DNA of 64,000 nt from an uncultured Candidatus Actinomarina sp. (GCA_902510965.1 CABXDM010000001.1:1180-65179), one strand, 5' to 3'. Numbered from the stretch's first letter, positions 49,192 through 57,599 are shown. The notes: generated by a model from the sequence alone, not told the origin. Made by a program: numbers and translations.

Positions 49192-50052
49192 ATTAAATAC
49201 TTACTTGACGATTACCAAGATTATTTATCGTACTCAAAAGGATTATCAAAAAATTCAGTTGAAGCATATAGAACTGATCTCTTAAACTTATTCAAAGAAA
49301 ACTTAGTAACAAATATATCTAGTGATGCACTCAACAAATTAATAAAGTTAATTTCTACAAAAGAGTACAGCCCTAATACAAAAAAAAGAAAAGTTTCCGT
49401 ATTAAGACAGTTTGTAAAATGGTATAACTTTAGGGAAAATACTAAAACAGTTATTCTTGAGGATGTAACAATTAAGTCTGGTCAAAGACTTCCTGAAACA
49501 CTTTCTATTACACAAATTGAACAATTAATAAATTTTCATGACCAGGAAACCTTCATAAGTAAGAGAAATAAAGCCATAATCGATTTTATGTATTCTACCG
49601 GATGTCGTGTTAGTGAATTATGTGATGTTAAAATTGCCGATATTGATTTTGATGAAGATTATATTCAATTAACTGGAAAAGGTTCAAAACAACGAATTGT
49701 CCCAATTGGTTCCAAACTTAAAATTAATTTACTATCTTATCTCGACCTAAAGCTTATAAAAGATATCTCAAATAATCCTTTTTTGTTTATTTCCCGTACC
49801 GACAATCCGCTAGAACGTACTGCTATTTTTAGGATAATTAAATCAACAGCCCTTAAAACCTCAACAACTCTAAATATCCATCCCCATACATTAAGGCATA
49901 GCGCTGCAACTCATATGCTTGAAGCTGGTTGTGACCTTCGAACACTTCAAGAATATTTAGGACATTCATCTGTATCCACAACGCAAATCTATACTAAGTT
50001 AACAAAAGAATTTCTTAATGAAGTTTTTAATGAAAGTCACCCAAGAGCATGA
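49192..50052 (+). CDS. xerD: Tyrosine recombinase XerD (start codon non-canonical or uncertain)
   Basis: C-terminal catalytic domain with GCRVSEL, HTLRHSAATHML and LGHSSVSTTQIYT. The in-frame N-terminal SAM-like domain (..YLSYSKGLSKNSVEAYRTDL..) extends open to 49177, but there is no ATG/GTG/TTG before 49588. Candidate ATT starts are at 49192 and 49180. Confidence 0.85.
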   Translation: MKYLLDDYQDYLSYSKGLSKNSVEAYRTDLLNLFKENLVTNISSDALNKLIKLISTKEYSPNTKKRKVSVLRQFVKWYNFRENTKTVILEDVTIKSGQRLPETLSITQIEQLINFHDQETFISKRNKAIIDFMYSTGCRVSELCDVKIADIDFDEDYIQLTGKGSKQRIVPIGSKLKINLLSYLDLKLIKDISNNPFLFISRTDNPLERTAIFRIIKSTALKTSTTLNIHPHTLRHSAATHMLEAGCDLRTLQEYLGHSSVSTTQIYTKLTKEFLNEVFNESHPRA

Positions 50053-50489
50053 ATGAAATTTATTTAAAATCAAAAAGAGCTATAAGATTTCTTTTTTATA
50101 AGCATCTTTCTATAGATGAACAATTGGTAATCTCAAATACACTTAAAAATAATCAATTAATAAAACAATACTGGTTATTAAACAAAGCTGATAGACATCA
50201 CTCTATTGAGGTTATGAATAGAACCCTAAGATTCTCTGATGAATTAGAATTATTACAACTTTCCCTACTCCATGATATTGGTAAAAATACTGGGCATTAT
50301 TCATGGTTCTTAAGAATACTTTCTGACCTAAAAATAGTTTCTTCAGATAAATCTAAGAAATATCTCGATCATGAATTAATAGGACTTGAAGTATTATCTC
50401 AAATTGGGGATATAGATTCTTTAGTTGATCAATATAAAAAAAATCTTCTTCAAAATAAGCATCAAATACTAGATAAAACTGATTACTAA
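50049..50489 (+). CDS. HD-domain phosphohydrolase-like protein
   Basis: Motifs DRHHSIEV ... LLHDIGK. ATGA overlap with xerD. Confidence 0.7.
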   Translation: MNEIYLKSKRAIRFLFYKHLSIDEQLVISNTLKNNQLIKQYWLLNKADRHHSIEVMNRTLRFSDELELLQLSLLHDIGKNTGHYSWFLRILSDLKIVSSDKSKKYLDHELIGLEVLSQIGDIDSLVDQYKKNLLQNKHQILDKTDY

Positions 50490-51196
50490 TGGAAAATATA
50501 CAAGTAATAGAAAATTTAAAAAGTCTTCTTGTTGAATATACATCAAATACAGAAACACAAATTGCTAATAATCTCACAATGATTTTTCAAAGTTTCCAAA
50601 ATAAATCATTAAAAGAAGACATAGACAATTATGCCGAGTTTGTTCTACTTGGTGCATCACTATTTGAGTTAAAAGCAAAAAGATTACTGCCCCAAGATGA
50701 GGAAGTAGATTGGCTTGATGAAGTTGAACTAATAAAAGACAAAGATCTTGCATTTGCCAGATTGCTCCAATTTAAAGCTTTTACTGAAGTTGGACTGGCC
50801 CTAGCTATAAAAGTTAAACAAACCGAACGTGAAGTACCCGCATTTAAATATTATCAAACAAGTTCATTATCAGTAAAGCCCGAAATTCGTTATAACATTG
50901 ACATTACTAAATTTACAGAAACAGCAAATGAAGTTTTCAGTAGATATAAAACAATACAGGGATTTTCACATATTGACAAAGAACTCCCTGATTTACAAGT
51001 TGCAATAGATGATTTATTAAAACTTGTTGATAAAAGATTAAATACAACATTCGAAGAATTAGTCTCCTCAGTAAATTCTTCACAAGAGGCTGTAGCATTT
51101 TTCCTAGCGTTACTTGAAGCTGTCCGATGGGGCTTTATTAAAGCTGAGCAAACAAATGTTAATAAAGAGATTATTATTGAGAAAAACTATGAATAG
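50489..51196 (+). CDS. scpA: Segregation and condensation protein A (divergent N-terminus)
   Basis: The motif YAEFVLLGASLFELKAKRLLP matches the ScpA core (eyl.mAa.L..iKS..LLP). Lies immediately upstream of scpB. Confidence 0.75.
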   Translation: MENIQVIENLKSLLVEYTSNTETQIANNLTMIFQSFQNKSLKEDIDNYAEFVLLGASLFELKAKRLLPQDEEVDWLDEVELIKDKDLAFARLLQFKAFTEVGLALAIKVKQTEREVPAFKYYQTSSLSVKPEIRYNIDITKFTETANEVFSRYKTIQGFSHIDKELPDLQVAIDDLLKLVDKRLNTTFEELVSSVNSSQEAVAFFLALLEAVRWGFIKAEQTNVNKEIIIEKNYE

Positions 51197-51713
51197 TAAA
51201 AAAGTTATATCTGCAGTACTACTTGTAAGTGATGGACCGGTAGAACACGAATATTTCGAAAAACTATTAACAATAAATAATTCGGAACTTATAAACTTAA
51301 TTGATGAAATTAATGCCAACTTTGAAAATGCAGACATTGGTTTTTTTATAAAATATAATAATTTTAAATCTGACATTGTGACTAAATCAGAAATTTCAGA
51401 CCTACTTGGTGATGTAAAACCTCCAGCAATTTTAAGAGGTCTTTCCACGCCAGCGTTAGAGACTCTTGCAATAATTGCTTACGAACAGCCAGTTACAAAA
51501 ATGAAAATTTCAGAAATTAGAGGGGTTGAATCTGAATCCTCCATTAAAACTTTAGAATCAAGGGGTCTCATAGAAAAAGGTGGCGAACTCGACGTTCCTG
51601 GTAATCCAATTCTGTATACAACGACAGAATTGTTCTTACAAAAACTAGATTTATCTTCAATAAGTAATCTACCGACAATCGGTGAGTATTTTAATAAAGC
51701 AGAAGAAGAGTAA
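51189..51713 (+). CDS. scpB: Segregation and condensation protein B
   Basis: Motifs LSTPALETLAIIAYEQPVTKMKISEIRGV and PGNPILYTTTELFL. ATG 51189 overlaps the scpA stop (ATGAATAG). Confidence 0.9.
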   Translation: MNSKKVISAVLLVSDGPVEHEYFEKLLTINNSELINLIDEINANFENADIGFFIKYNNFKSDIVTKSEISDLLGDVKPPAILRGLSTPALETLAIIAYEQPVTKMKISEIRGVESESSIKTLESRGLIEKGGELDVPGNPILYTTTELFLQKLDLSSISNLPTIGEYFNKAEEE

Positions 51714-51717
51714 ATTA

Positions 51718-52368
51718 TTGAGAATTAATCGGTTTCTTGCATTGAATCTAAATGTTTCACGTAGAGATAGTGATATTCTCGTAGAGAATAAATCTATCAA
51801 GATAAACGGAGTTATAGCTAATCATGGTGACCTTGTAGGTGATGACGATATAGTCATGCATAAGAATCAAGTTATCCAAGCCATAAAAGAACATGAATAT
51901 TTTCTTTTCTACAAGCCCTATGGATATGTTTCATCTCACAAAAGACAAGGGGAGTCAAAAATTATCTACGATTTGATCCACAATAAATCATTAAAATTTG
52001 GTGGTCGTCTGGATAAGGACTCAGAAGGCTTAATGCTACTAAGCACAGATGGCGTGTGGCTAAATAAATACTCACATCCAAAAAGTAATATTTCTAAAAA
52101 ATACATTGTTGTTACAAGTAAAGAAATTAATTTTGAAACATTTAGAAAATCTATAAAAGATAATGACGAACAACTAAAAATCCATAAACTAACTGAGATT
52201 AAAAAATTAACTTATGAAATAGTTCTTAAAACTGGTAAAAATCGTGAAATACGAAGGATTTTTGATATTAACAACATTCCAATTAAAAACCTCAAAAGGA
52301 TTCAAGTTGACAAATTTGAAATTGGTAAAATGAAAATTGGTCAGTTAAAAAAAATTAAATTAACATAG
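51718..52368 (+). CDS. rluB: RsuA/RluB-family pseudouridine synthase with S4 domain
   Basis: S4 domain (RINRFLALNLNVSRRDSDILVENKSIKING) and catalytic motif GRLDKDSEGLMLLSTDG. TTG 51718 lies 5 nt after the scpB stop; the track start is GTG 51682. Confidence 0.85.
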   Translation: MRINRFLALNLNVSRRDSDILVENKSIKINGVIANHGDLVGDDDIVMHKNQVIQAIKEHEYFLFYKPYGYVSSHKRQGESKIIYDLIHNKSLKFGGRLDKDSEGLMLLSTDGVWLNKYSHPKSNISKKYIVVTSKEINFETFRKSIKDNDEQLKIHKLTEIKKLTYEIVLKTGKNREIRRIFDINNIPIKNLKRIQVDKFEIGKMKIGQLKKIKLT

Positions 52369-52374
52369 TTACGT

Positions 52375-52989
52375 ATGAATTATATCGTAACTATTGATGG
52401 ACCCTCAGGTGTTGGTAAGACATCATTAGGAAGTCTTTTGGCACAAGAATATAATTCAAATTTCTTTTCAAGTGGAAAACTATACAGAATTATAGCTAAA
52501 TACTTCATTGATCATTCAACTTCTGACACTAGCAATTTACAAATAGAAATTAACGAGGAACTACAAATTACTTTAAATAGTTTTTCTTATTCTGATTCTG
52601 ACTTGTATATAAAAAATATCAATTCTAAAAGTTCTGAAATTGCAAAAATAAAAGAAGTTAGACAAATTGTTTCAGAATCCCTAACTAATTTATCCAAAAA
52701 ACTTTCAAACGGTTTAATTATTGAAGGTAGAGATATGGGATCTATAGTCTTTCCAAATGCTGATTTAAAAATCTATCTTGATGCAGACATTGAAGTAAGG
52801 TCAAAAAGAAGATTAAAGCAATCTAACGATTCTGAGACAAAAGAAGATTTATTGAAAAGGGATGATAATGATAAAAATAGAGCTGAATCACCCTTAGTAA
52901 TTCCCCACGATGCACTTTATATTGATAATTCCGATATAAATATGGATGACGTTCTTGAGTTGGTTAAAGAGAAGCTAAAGCTTCTGTAG
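52375..52989 (+). CDS. cmk: Cytidylate kinase
   Basis: Motifs IDGPSGVGKTS and IEGRDMGSIVFP. 204 aa. Confidence 0.9.
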   Translation: MNYIVTIDGPSGVGKTSLGSLLAQEYNSNFFSSGKLYRIIAKYFIDHSTSDTSNLQIEINEELQITLNSFSYSDSDLYIKNINSKSSEIAKIKEVRQIVSESLTNLSKKLSNGLIIEGRDMGSIVFPNADLKIYLDADIEVRSKRRLKQSNDSETKEDLLKRDDNDKNRAESPLVIPHDALYIDNSDINMDDVLELVKEKLKLL

Positions 52990-53995
52990 CAGACCATTGC
53001 TTATCTTTATTAACACTTCTTACAGGCTCAACTTTATTTTCTGGAAATAATTTCAGTAAAAAATTACTTATTGTTGTAATATTTGACCTTAGTTCTTTAG
53101 GAAGCGGAAAATATTCTGTCTCATTTGTATTTTCAAAATAAATTGTTTCGTTTGGTTGAAGTTTATTTATAATTTCTTGAACTATATGATCAGGCGCAGA
53201 AGCCCCAGCTGTCACAGCAACATTTTTATTTTTTAAATCTAAATTATCTATCTCTTCAGTTGTGTTCACTCGGAAACTTTCTTTACCTAAGTTCTTTATT
53301 GTTGAAACAAGTGCCTTAGTGTTACTAGATGTATCTGAACCCACGACTAAGACTACATCAACCTTACTTGAAACATTGATTACAGCTTCTTGACGGTTTG
53401 TTGTCGCATAACAGAGATCACTCTTTCTTGGCATATTCAAATTTGGATATTTTTTTTGTGCTGATTCCATTATTGGTGTCCACTCTGACATAGCTAAGGT
53501 CGTTTGTGCAAGTAATGCTACATTATCACTGGATATGTTTATTTCTTCTAAATCATCTTCCTTCTCGACTAAAAACATTGAGTCAGGTGCTACACCTAAA
53601 GCTCCAAGTGCTTCATCATGATTTTTATGACCTACGTAAATAATTTGTTGTCCTGCTTCACTAAACTTCTTTGCCTCATGATGCACCTTAGTTACTAGTG
53701 GACACACCGCATTGACTTGAACGGATGAGAGAGAATTAAATTCATTTTCTGTTTTTGGTGAAGTTCCATGAGCTGATAGCATTACAATTGCATTTTTTGG
53801 TAGTTCTTCAGATGACTCAATAAATTCAATATTTTTGGTTTTAAAACGTTCTACAATCCAGTCGTTATGAACAATTTCATGATAACAATAAATAGTTTCA
53901 TCATAGATTTTCAACATCCACGTCAATGCTTTAATTGCCATCTCCACGCCAGCGCAAAAGCCCCTTGGAGTAACTAAATAAAGATTGTTTACCAT
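52964..53995 (-). CDS. ispH: 4-hydroxy-3-methylbut-2-enyl diphosphate reductase
   Basis: Motifs PRGFCAGVEMAI, HEIVHN, CPLVTKVH, CYATTNRQ and SSNT. Confidence 0.95.
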   Translation of the reverse strand: MVNNLYLVTPRGFCAGVEMAIKALTWMLKIYDETIYCYHEIVHNDWIVERFKTKNIEFIESSEELPKNAIVMLSAHGTSPKTENEFNSLSSVQVNAVCPLVTKVHHEAKKFSEAGQQIIYVGHKNHDEALGALGVAPDSMFLVEKEDDLEEINISSDNVALLAQTTLAMSEWTPIMESAQKKYPNLNMPRKSDLCYATTNRQEAVINVSSKVDVVLVVGSDTSSNTKALVSTIKNLGKESFRVNTTEEIDNLDLKNKNVAVTAGASAPDHIVQEIINKLQPNETIYFENTNETEYFPLPKELRSNITTISNFLLKLFPENKVEPVRSVNKDKQWSATEALASL

Positions 53996-54021
53996 ATCAG
54001 TAGGATAGCTATATTTAAATT

Positions 54022-55326
54022 ATGACTAAAAACAATATCGATGAAGTTTTATTAATTGGACTACCTAACTCTGGTAAGTCTTCATTGGTTAATGCGTTGT
54101 CCAAGAAAAAAGTTTCAATAATTGGTTCTACACCAAATACAACGCGAGATAAAGTCTCTACAACAATTAAAAGAAATGATAAAGTTTTCAATATTTCTGA
54201 TTTACCTGGATATCTCGAAGACCCAGATGAATTAAATGAAAAGTTTCAACATAAGCTTAAAGCATATCTCAATGAGGCAAAATTAATCATGTTTGTTATA
54301 GATGTGCACACCACAAATTATTCTGGATTAGATAAAATACACAGTCTTCTACAAAAGAATATAAATAAAGAACAAAAAGTCATAACGGTCTTTAACAAAT
54401 GTGAAAACTTTAAAAAGTTTGAGTTAAATACAGAGCTATACAAATACATTTATGATTCAGACTATTATGTCTCATCTATACATAAATTGGGTACTGAAGA
54501 ATTAATGGAGGCACTTACCAAAAGCATGTCATCTAATACGGATTCAATTAAAAATACTTACAAATCTATAGCAATTATTGGAAAGCCAAACTCGGGTAAA
54601 TCTACATTGTTTAATAAACTCTTGAATGAGGAAAGGGCAATTGTTTCAAATATTTCGGGCACAACAAGAGATAAATTAGAAGAAACAATCAAGTTCGATT
54701 CAGATTCTTATAACATTATTGATACTGCTGGTGTACCTCGTAAAAAACAAAAAAACCAGATAGATAGATACGCATCATCTTTAGCAGTAGGTCAATTAGA
54801 AAATTCAGTAATAGCTTTTCTTGTTGTGGATGCAAAACAGGGGATAAATTTTGAAGATATGAGATTAATTAGTGAATGCATTGAGAACAAAGTAACACCA
54901 ATATTAATTATGAATAAGTGGGATCTCTTAATAGAAGAAGAGAAACTTTTTATAAATAAAAACATTGCCTCATTATTAAAGAAATATTCATGGTTAAAGA
55001 TCTTAAGAATTTCAGCACTTAATGGTAAAGGTGTAAAAAATCTTAATACTGTAATTTATGATTTACAGAAACAGCTTTCAACTCGTATTACAACACATGA
55101 ATTAAATATACTTTTCAGAGAAATTTGGACAAAAAAACCACCTCATCCATTTAGGGGTAGGAGAGCGAAGTTAAAATATGTGACACAGTACGATGTTTAC
55201 CCTCCTTCGTTTAGTTTTATTTTAAGTGGTAGAGTCCCAATTAATTACCAAAATTTTATAGATAATAGACTTCGTGACACATATAATTTTGACAATATAT
55301 GTTTGAACATAAAATTTAAGAATTAA
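54022..55326 (+). CDS. der: Ribosome biogenesis GTPase Der (EngA)
   Basis: Two tandem G domains (GLPNSGKSSL..DLPG..NKCE; GKPNSGKSTL..DTAG..NKWD) and a KH-like C-terminus. Confidence 0.93.
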   Translation: MTKNNIDEVLLIGLPNSGKSSLVNALSKKKVSIIGSTPNTTRDKVSTTIKRNDKVFNISDLPGYLEDPDELNEKFQHKLKAYLNEAKLIMFVIDVHTTNYSGLDKIHSLLQKNINKEQKVITVFNKCENFKKFELNTELYKYIYDSDYYVSSIHKLGTEELMEALTKSMSSNTDSIKNTYKSIAIIGKPNSGKSTLFNKLLNEERAIVSNISGTTRDKLEETIKFDSDSYNIIDTAGVPRKKQKNQIDRYASSLAVGQLENSVIAFLVVDAKQGINFEDMRLISECIENKVTPILIMNKWDLLIEEEKLFINKNIASLLKKYSWLKILRISALNGKGVKNLNTVIYDLQKQLSTRITTHELNILFREIWTKKPPHPFRGRRAKLKYVTQYDVYPPSFSFILSGRVPINYQNFIDNRLRDTYNFDNICLNIKFKN

Positions 55327-55327
55327 C

Positions 55328-55420
55328 ATGGAAAACTTTGGCTTCAAAATAGGAGTGTTCTTATTTGGCTTCTACCTAATATTGAGGTTGTTTCAGTTTT
55401 TAATCAACTTAGTCATTTAA
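55328..55420 (+). CDS. Possible hydrophobic micro-ORF (30 aa: MENFGFKIGVFLFGFYLILRLFQFLINLVI)
   Basis: The ATG lies 1 nt after the der stop. Hand-translated, with no homology evidence. Confidence 0.2.
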   Translation: MENFGFKIGVFLFGFYLILRLFQFLINLVI

Positions 55421-55461
55421 AACAAAATACAACCTATTTTTAATAAAATTAGACTTTTCAA

Positions 55462-55489
55462 TTGAAATGCTTACAAATACACCTAATAT
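55462..55489 (+). promoter_or_regulatory. Putative sigma-70-type promoter of the peptide ABC operon
   Basis: TTGAAA (55462-55467), a 16-nt spacer, then TAATAT (55484-55489), about 50 nt upstream of the substrate-binding protein (SBP) start. Confidence 0.35.
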
Positions 55490-55495
55490 TAATAC

Positions 55496-55515
55496 ATCCA
55501 CACTTACGTGTGGAT
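55496..55515 (+). promoter_or_regulatory. Perfect 8-bp inverted repeat (ATCCACAC-TTAC-GTGTGGAT): 5'-UTR stem-loop or operator
   Basis: Read directly from the sequence. It starts about 7 nt after the putative -10 box, so it would sit at the very 5' end of the mRNA. It ends about 10 nt before the AAAGGAG ribosome-binding site. Confidence 0.35.
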
Positions 55516-55537
55516 TTTGTATACAAAAGGAGAAAAA

Positions 55538-57529
55538 TTGAGTAATTTCAAAGGATCCAGAAGTTGGCGCCTTATCTTACTTTTCTCAGTTTTTGCATTA
55601 GTTGTGGTTGCCTGCGGAGGCGACACAGCAGAAGAAGAAGTTGCTGTCGAAGAGACAGAAACAACTGAAGCTCCTGCTACAACTGCTGCGGCAGCTGAAG
55701 AAGCAGCTCCATCAGGACCTGATGGTGTTTATAAGATGGCGATCTTCTCAGATCCACAAACACAAAATTACTGGAATTATCTTGATACAGAAACAGATGT
55801 GTGGACACAATACGTGATGTCCGGACAAGCTGTGTCATTATTCTCTATTTCATATCCTAACTACCAGTTAATTACAGGTATCGCAGACGAACTTGTTGAG
55901 ACCTCAACTAACAATGGTGACGGAACATGGACTTATAGTGTTCCTATAACAGAAGGATATAAATGGAGTGATGGTTCAGACCTCACAGCCAACGATATGG
56001 TATTTACATATAATACCGCTAAAGATCTTGGCCTCTTAAGTAACTGGGAAACAAACTACCCACAAGGTAGTGGAACAGACTCAGCTGCTGAAGGATATGC
56101 ACAAGGTATTTTAACCCTTGTTGCTAGTGATGCTTACACTGTAGAGATAACTCTAAACTTTGATGCCGGGTTAGCTTCATGGCAGTACCAAATTGCACAA
56201 GCACCAATACTTCCAGAAAGTTATTGGGCGCAATATGCTACTGACAGAGAAACCCTTTTAGCAGCCTCAGGAGCTGACGCTCCAGTAGCTAGCGCATTTG
56301 TCTACGACAAAGTAGAACAAGGTGCTTTTTACACATGGGCATATGATGCTAATACAATGTGGGATGGTGGAACTACCACAATTTATAAGAGTGGTACCAC
56401 AGTCGAATGGGATAATGGAAAAGCTCCAGCTATCAACCAATCATTTGGTGATACAACTGGCGATTCATTCTCATACACAGCAGGACCTTATGTAGGAACT
56501 GTTGAGTTCACATTATATGGTGATCAAGATGCTGCTTATCTTGCATTCCAAAATGGCGAAGTTGATTTCGTTCTTAACCCATTAGGTGTTAAGAGAAATC
56601 TTTTTGACCAATTATCCAGAGTTCCAGGTGTCGAAACTGTTTCCAACTTAGGTAACGGTATGCGATACATGGCATTTAACACTAGGGTTTTCCCTGGAAG
56701 CGACAAATCTTTTAGACAAGCTGTTGCATGTATTTCTGATAAAGAATTCGTGTTAAACAACATTCTTCAAGGTGTTGCTGTAAATATGGATGGTCAAATG
56801 CCTGAAGCGTTAACAGCTTGGGTTGCACCTGTAACAGGTGTCCTTGCTGATTGTGCTGGCCTTAATGCTGAAGAACGATTCAACAAATCAGTTGAAATTC
56901 TTCAAGCAGGTGGTTGGACAGCTTCAGACTGGGGTTCCCATGCTGGTGGTGCTGAAAGAGCAGTCGCTCCAACAGGAATTAAAGGACCAGGAGGAGTAAC
57001 ACCTCCATCAGACATGTTGCTTTATGCACCAGGTGCTGGTTATGATCCATTGAGATCAACAATGTCCTTATTTATTGCTGATTGGATGCAACAACTTGGA
57101 CTTGACGTAACAGCGAGACCTACCGGTTTCAACGTTATTGTCGACAAGGTGTTCACACCAGAGACTTGTGAGGATTGGTATTTCTACATGCTTGGTTGGG
57201 GTTTAAGTGCATTCCCTAATCACCCTGGAGATTTCTTCAATTCCAAGAACGACACTTGCGAAGGTGGCTATAACACACCTGGTTTTAACAACGCAGAATT
57301 TGATGCATTAGATGCTGAATTCCAAGCTGCTAAAACAATCAGTGATGCTATTGTCCTATCGCAAAAAATGGAAGCTATATTATTTGAAGAAATGCCATAT
57401 TTGGTATTATTCAACGTACCTACATTAGAGGTATATAAAGATACTGTAGAATTTCCATTCACAGATGTATTAGACGGATTAACTGGAACAGGTGGCGGTT
57501 ACGCTTCACTTGTGAAAGTACAAAGCTAA
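55538..57529 (+). CDS. ABC transporter substrate-binding lipoprotein, family 5 (oligopeptide/dipeptide/nickel type)
   Basis: TTG 55538 is preceded by AAAGGAG. Signal peptide with lipobox (LVVVAC-GG), an acidic/Ala/Thr-rich linker, then an SBP_bac_5-like body. Followed by two permeases and two ATPases. Confidence 0.9.
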   Translation: MSNFKGSRSWRLILLFSVFALVVVACGGDTAEEEVAVEETETTEAPATTAAAAEEAAPSGPDGVYKMAIFSDPQTQNYWNYLDTETDVWTQYVMSGQAVSLFSISYPNYQLITGIADELVETSTNNGDGTWTYSVPITEGYKWSDGSDLTANDMVFTYNTAKDLGLLSNWETNYPQGSGTDSAAEGYAQGILTLVASDAYTVEITLNFDAGLASWQYQIAQAPILPESYWAQYATDRETLLAASGADAPVASAFVYDKVEQGAFYTWAYDANTMWDGGTTTIYKSGTTVEWDNGKAPAINQSFGDTTGDSFSYTAGPYVGTVEFTLYGDQDAAYLAFQNGEVDFVLNPLGVKRNLFDQLSRVPGVETVSNLGNGMRYMAFNTRVFPGSDKSFRQAVACISDKEFVLNNILQGVAVNMDGQMPEALTAWVAPVTGVLADCAGLNAEERFNKSVEILQAGGWTASDWGSHAGGAERAVAPTGIKGPGGVTPPSDMLLYAPGAGYDPLRSTMSLFIADWMQQLGLDVTARPTGFNVIVDKVFTPETCEDWYFYMLGWGLSAFPNHPGDFFNSKNDTCEGGYNTPGFNNAEFDALDAEFQAAKTISDAIVLSQKMEAILFEEMPYLVLFNVPTLEVYKDTVEFPFTDVLDGLTGTGGGYASLVKVQS

Positions 57530-57547
57530 TAATATAACTTAAACATG

Positions 57548-57575
57548 GGTAGGCTTCGGCCTACCTATGTTTTTT
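57548..57575 (+). terminator. Rho-independent terminator/attenuator between the SBP and permease genes
   Basis: GGTAGGC-TTCG-GCCTACC: a 7-bp GC-rich stem (8 bp with one G-U pair), a UUCG tetraloop, then TATGTTTTTT. Confidence 0.7.
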
Positions 57576-57599
57576 AAATGTCTAAAATAGGGTACGAAT

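Noticed and set aside
49192-50052. Tyrosine recombinase as a mobile-element integrase
   Set aside because: The sequence and its context (pyrG upstream, scpAB downstream) identify it as the chromosomal dimer-resolution recombinase XerD, not a phage or ICE integrase.
52964-53995. C-terminal extension of IspH (about 30 aa beyond the PKELR region) overlapping cmk
   Set aside because: Actinobacterial IspH/LytB proteins commonly have comparable C-terminal tails. I judged it not unusual enough to flag beyond the convergent-overlap note.
55602-55817. 71-aa Lys/Gln/Leu-rich plus-strand ORF inside the substrate-binding protein gene
   Set aside because: It is an alternative frame of the low-complexity Ala/Glu/Thr linker region. 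The family-5 binding-protein frame is clearly the real one.
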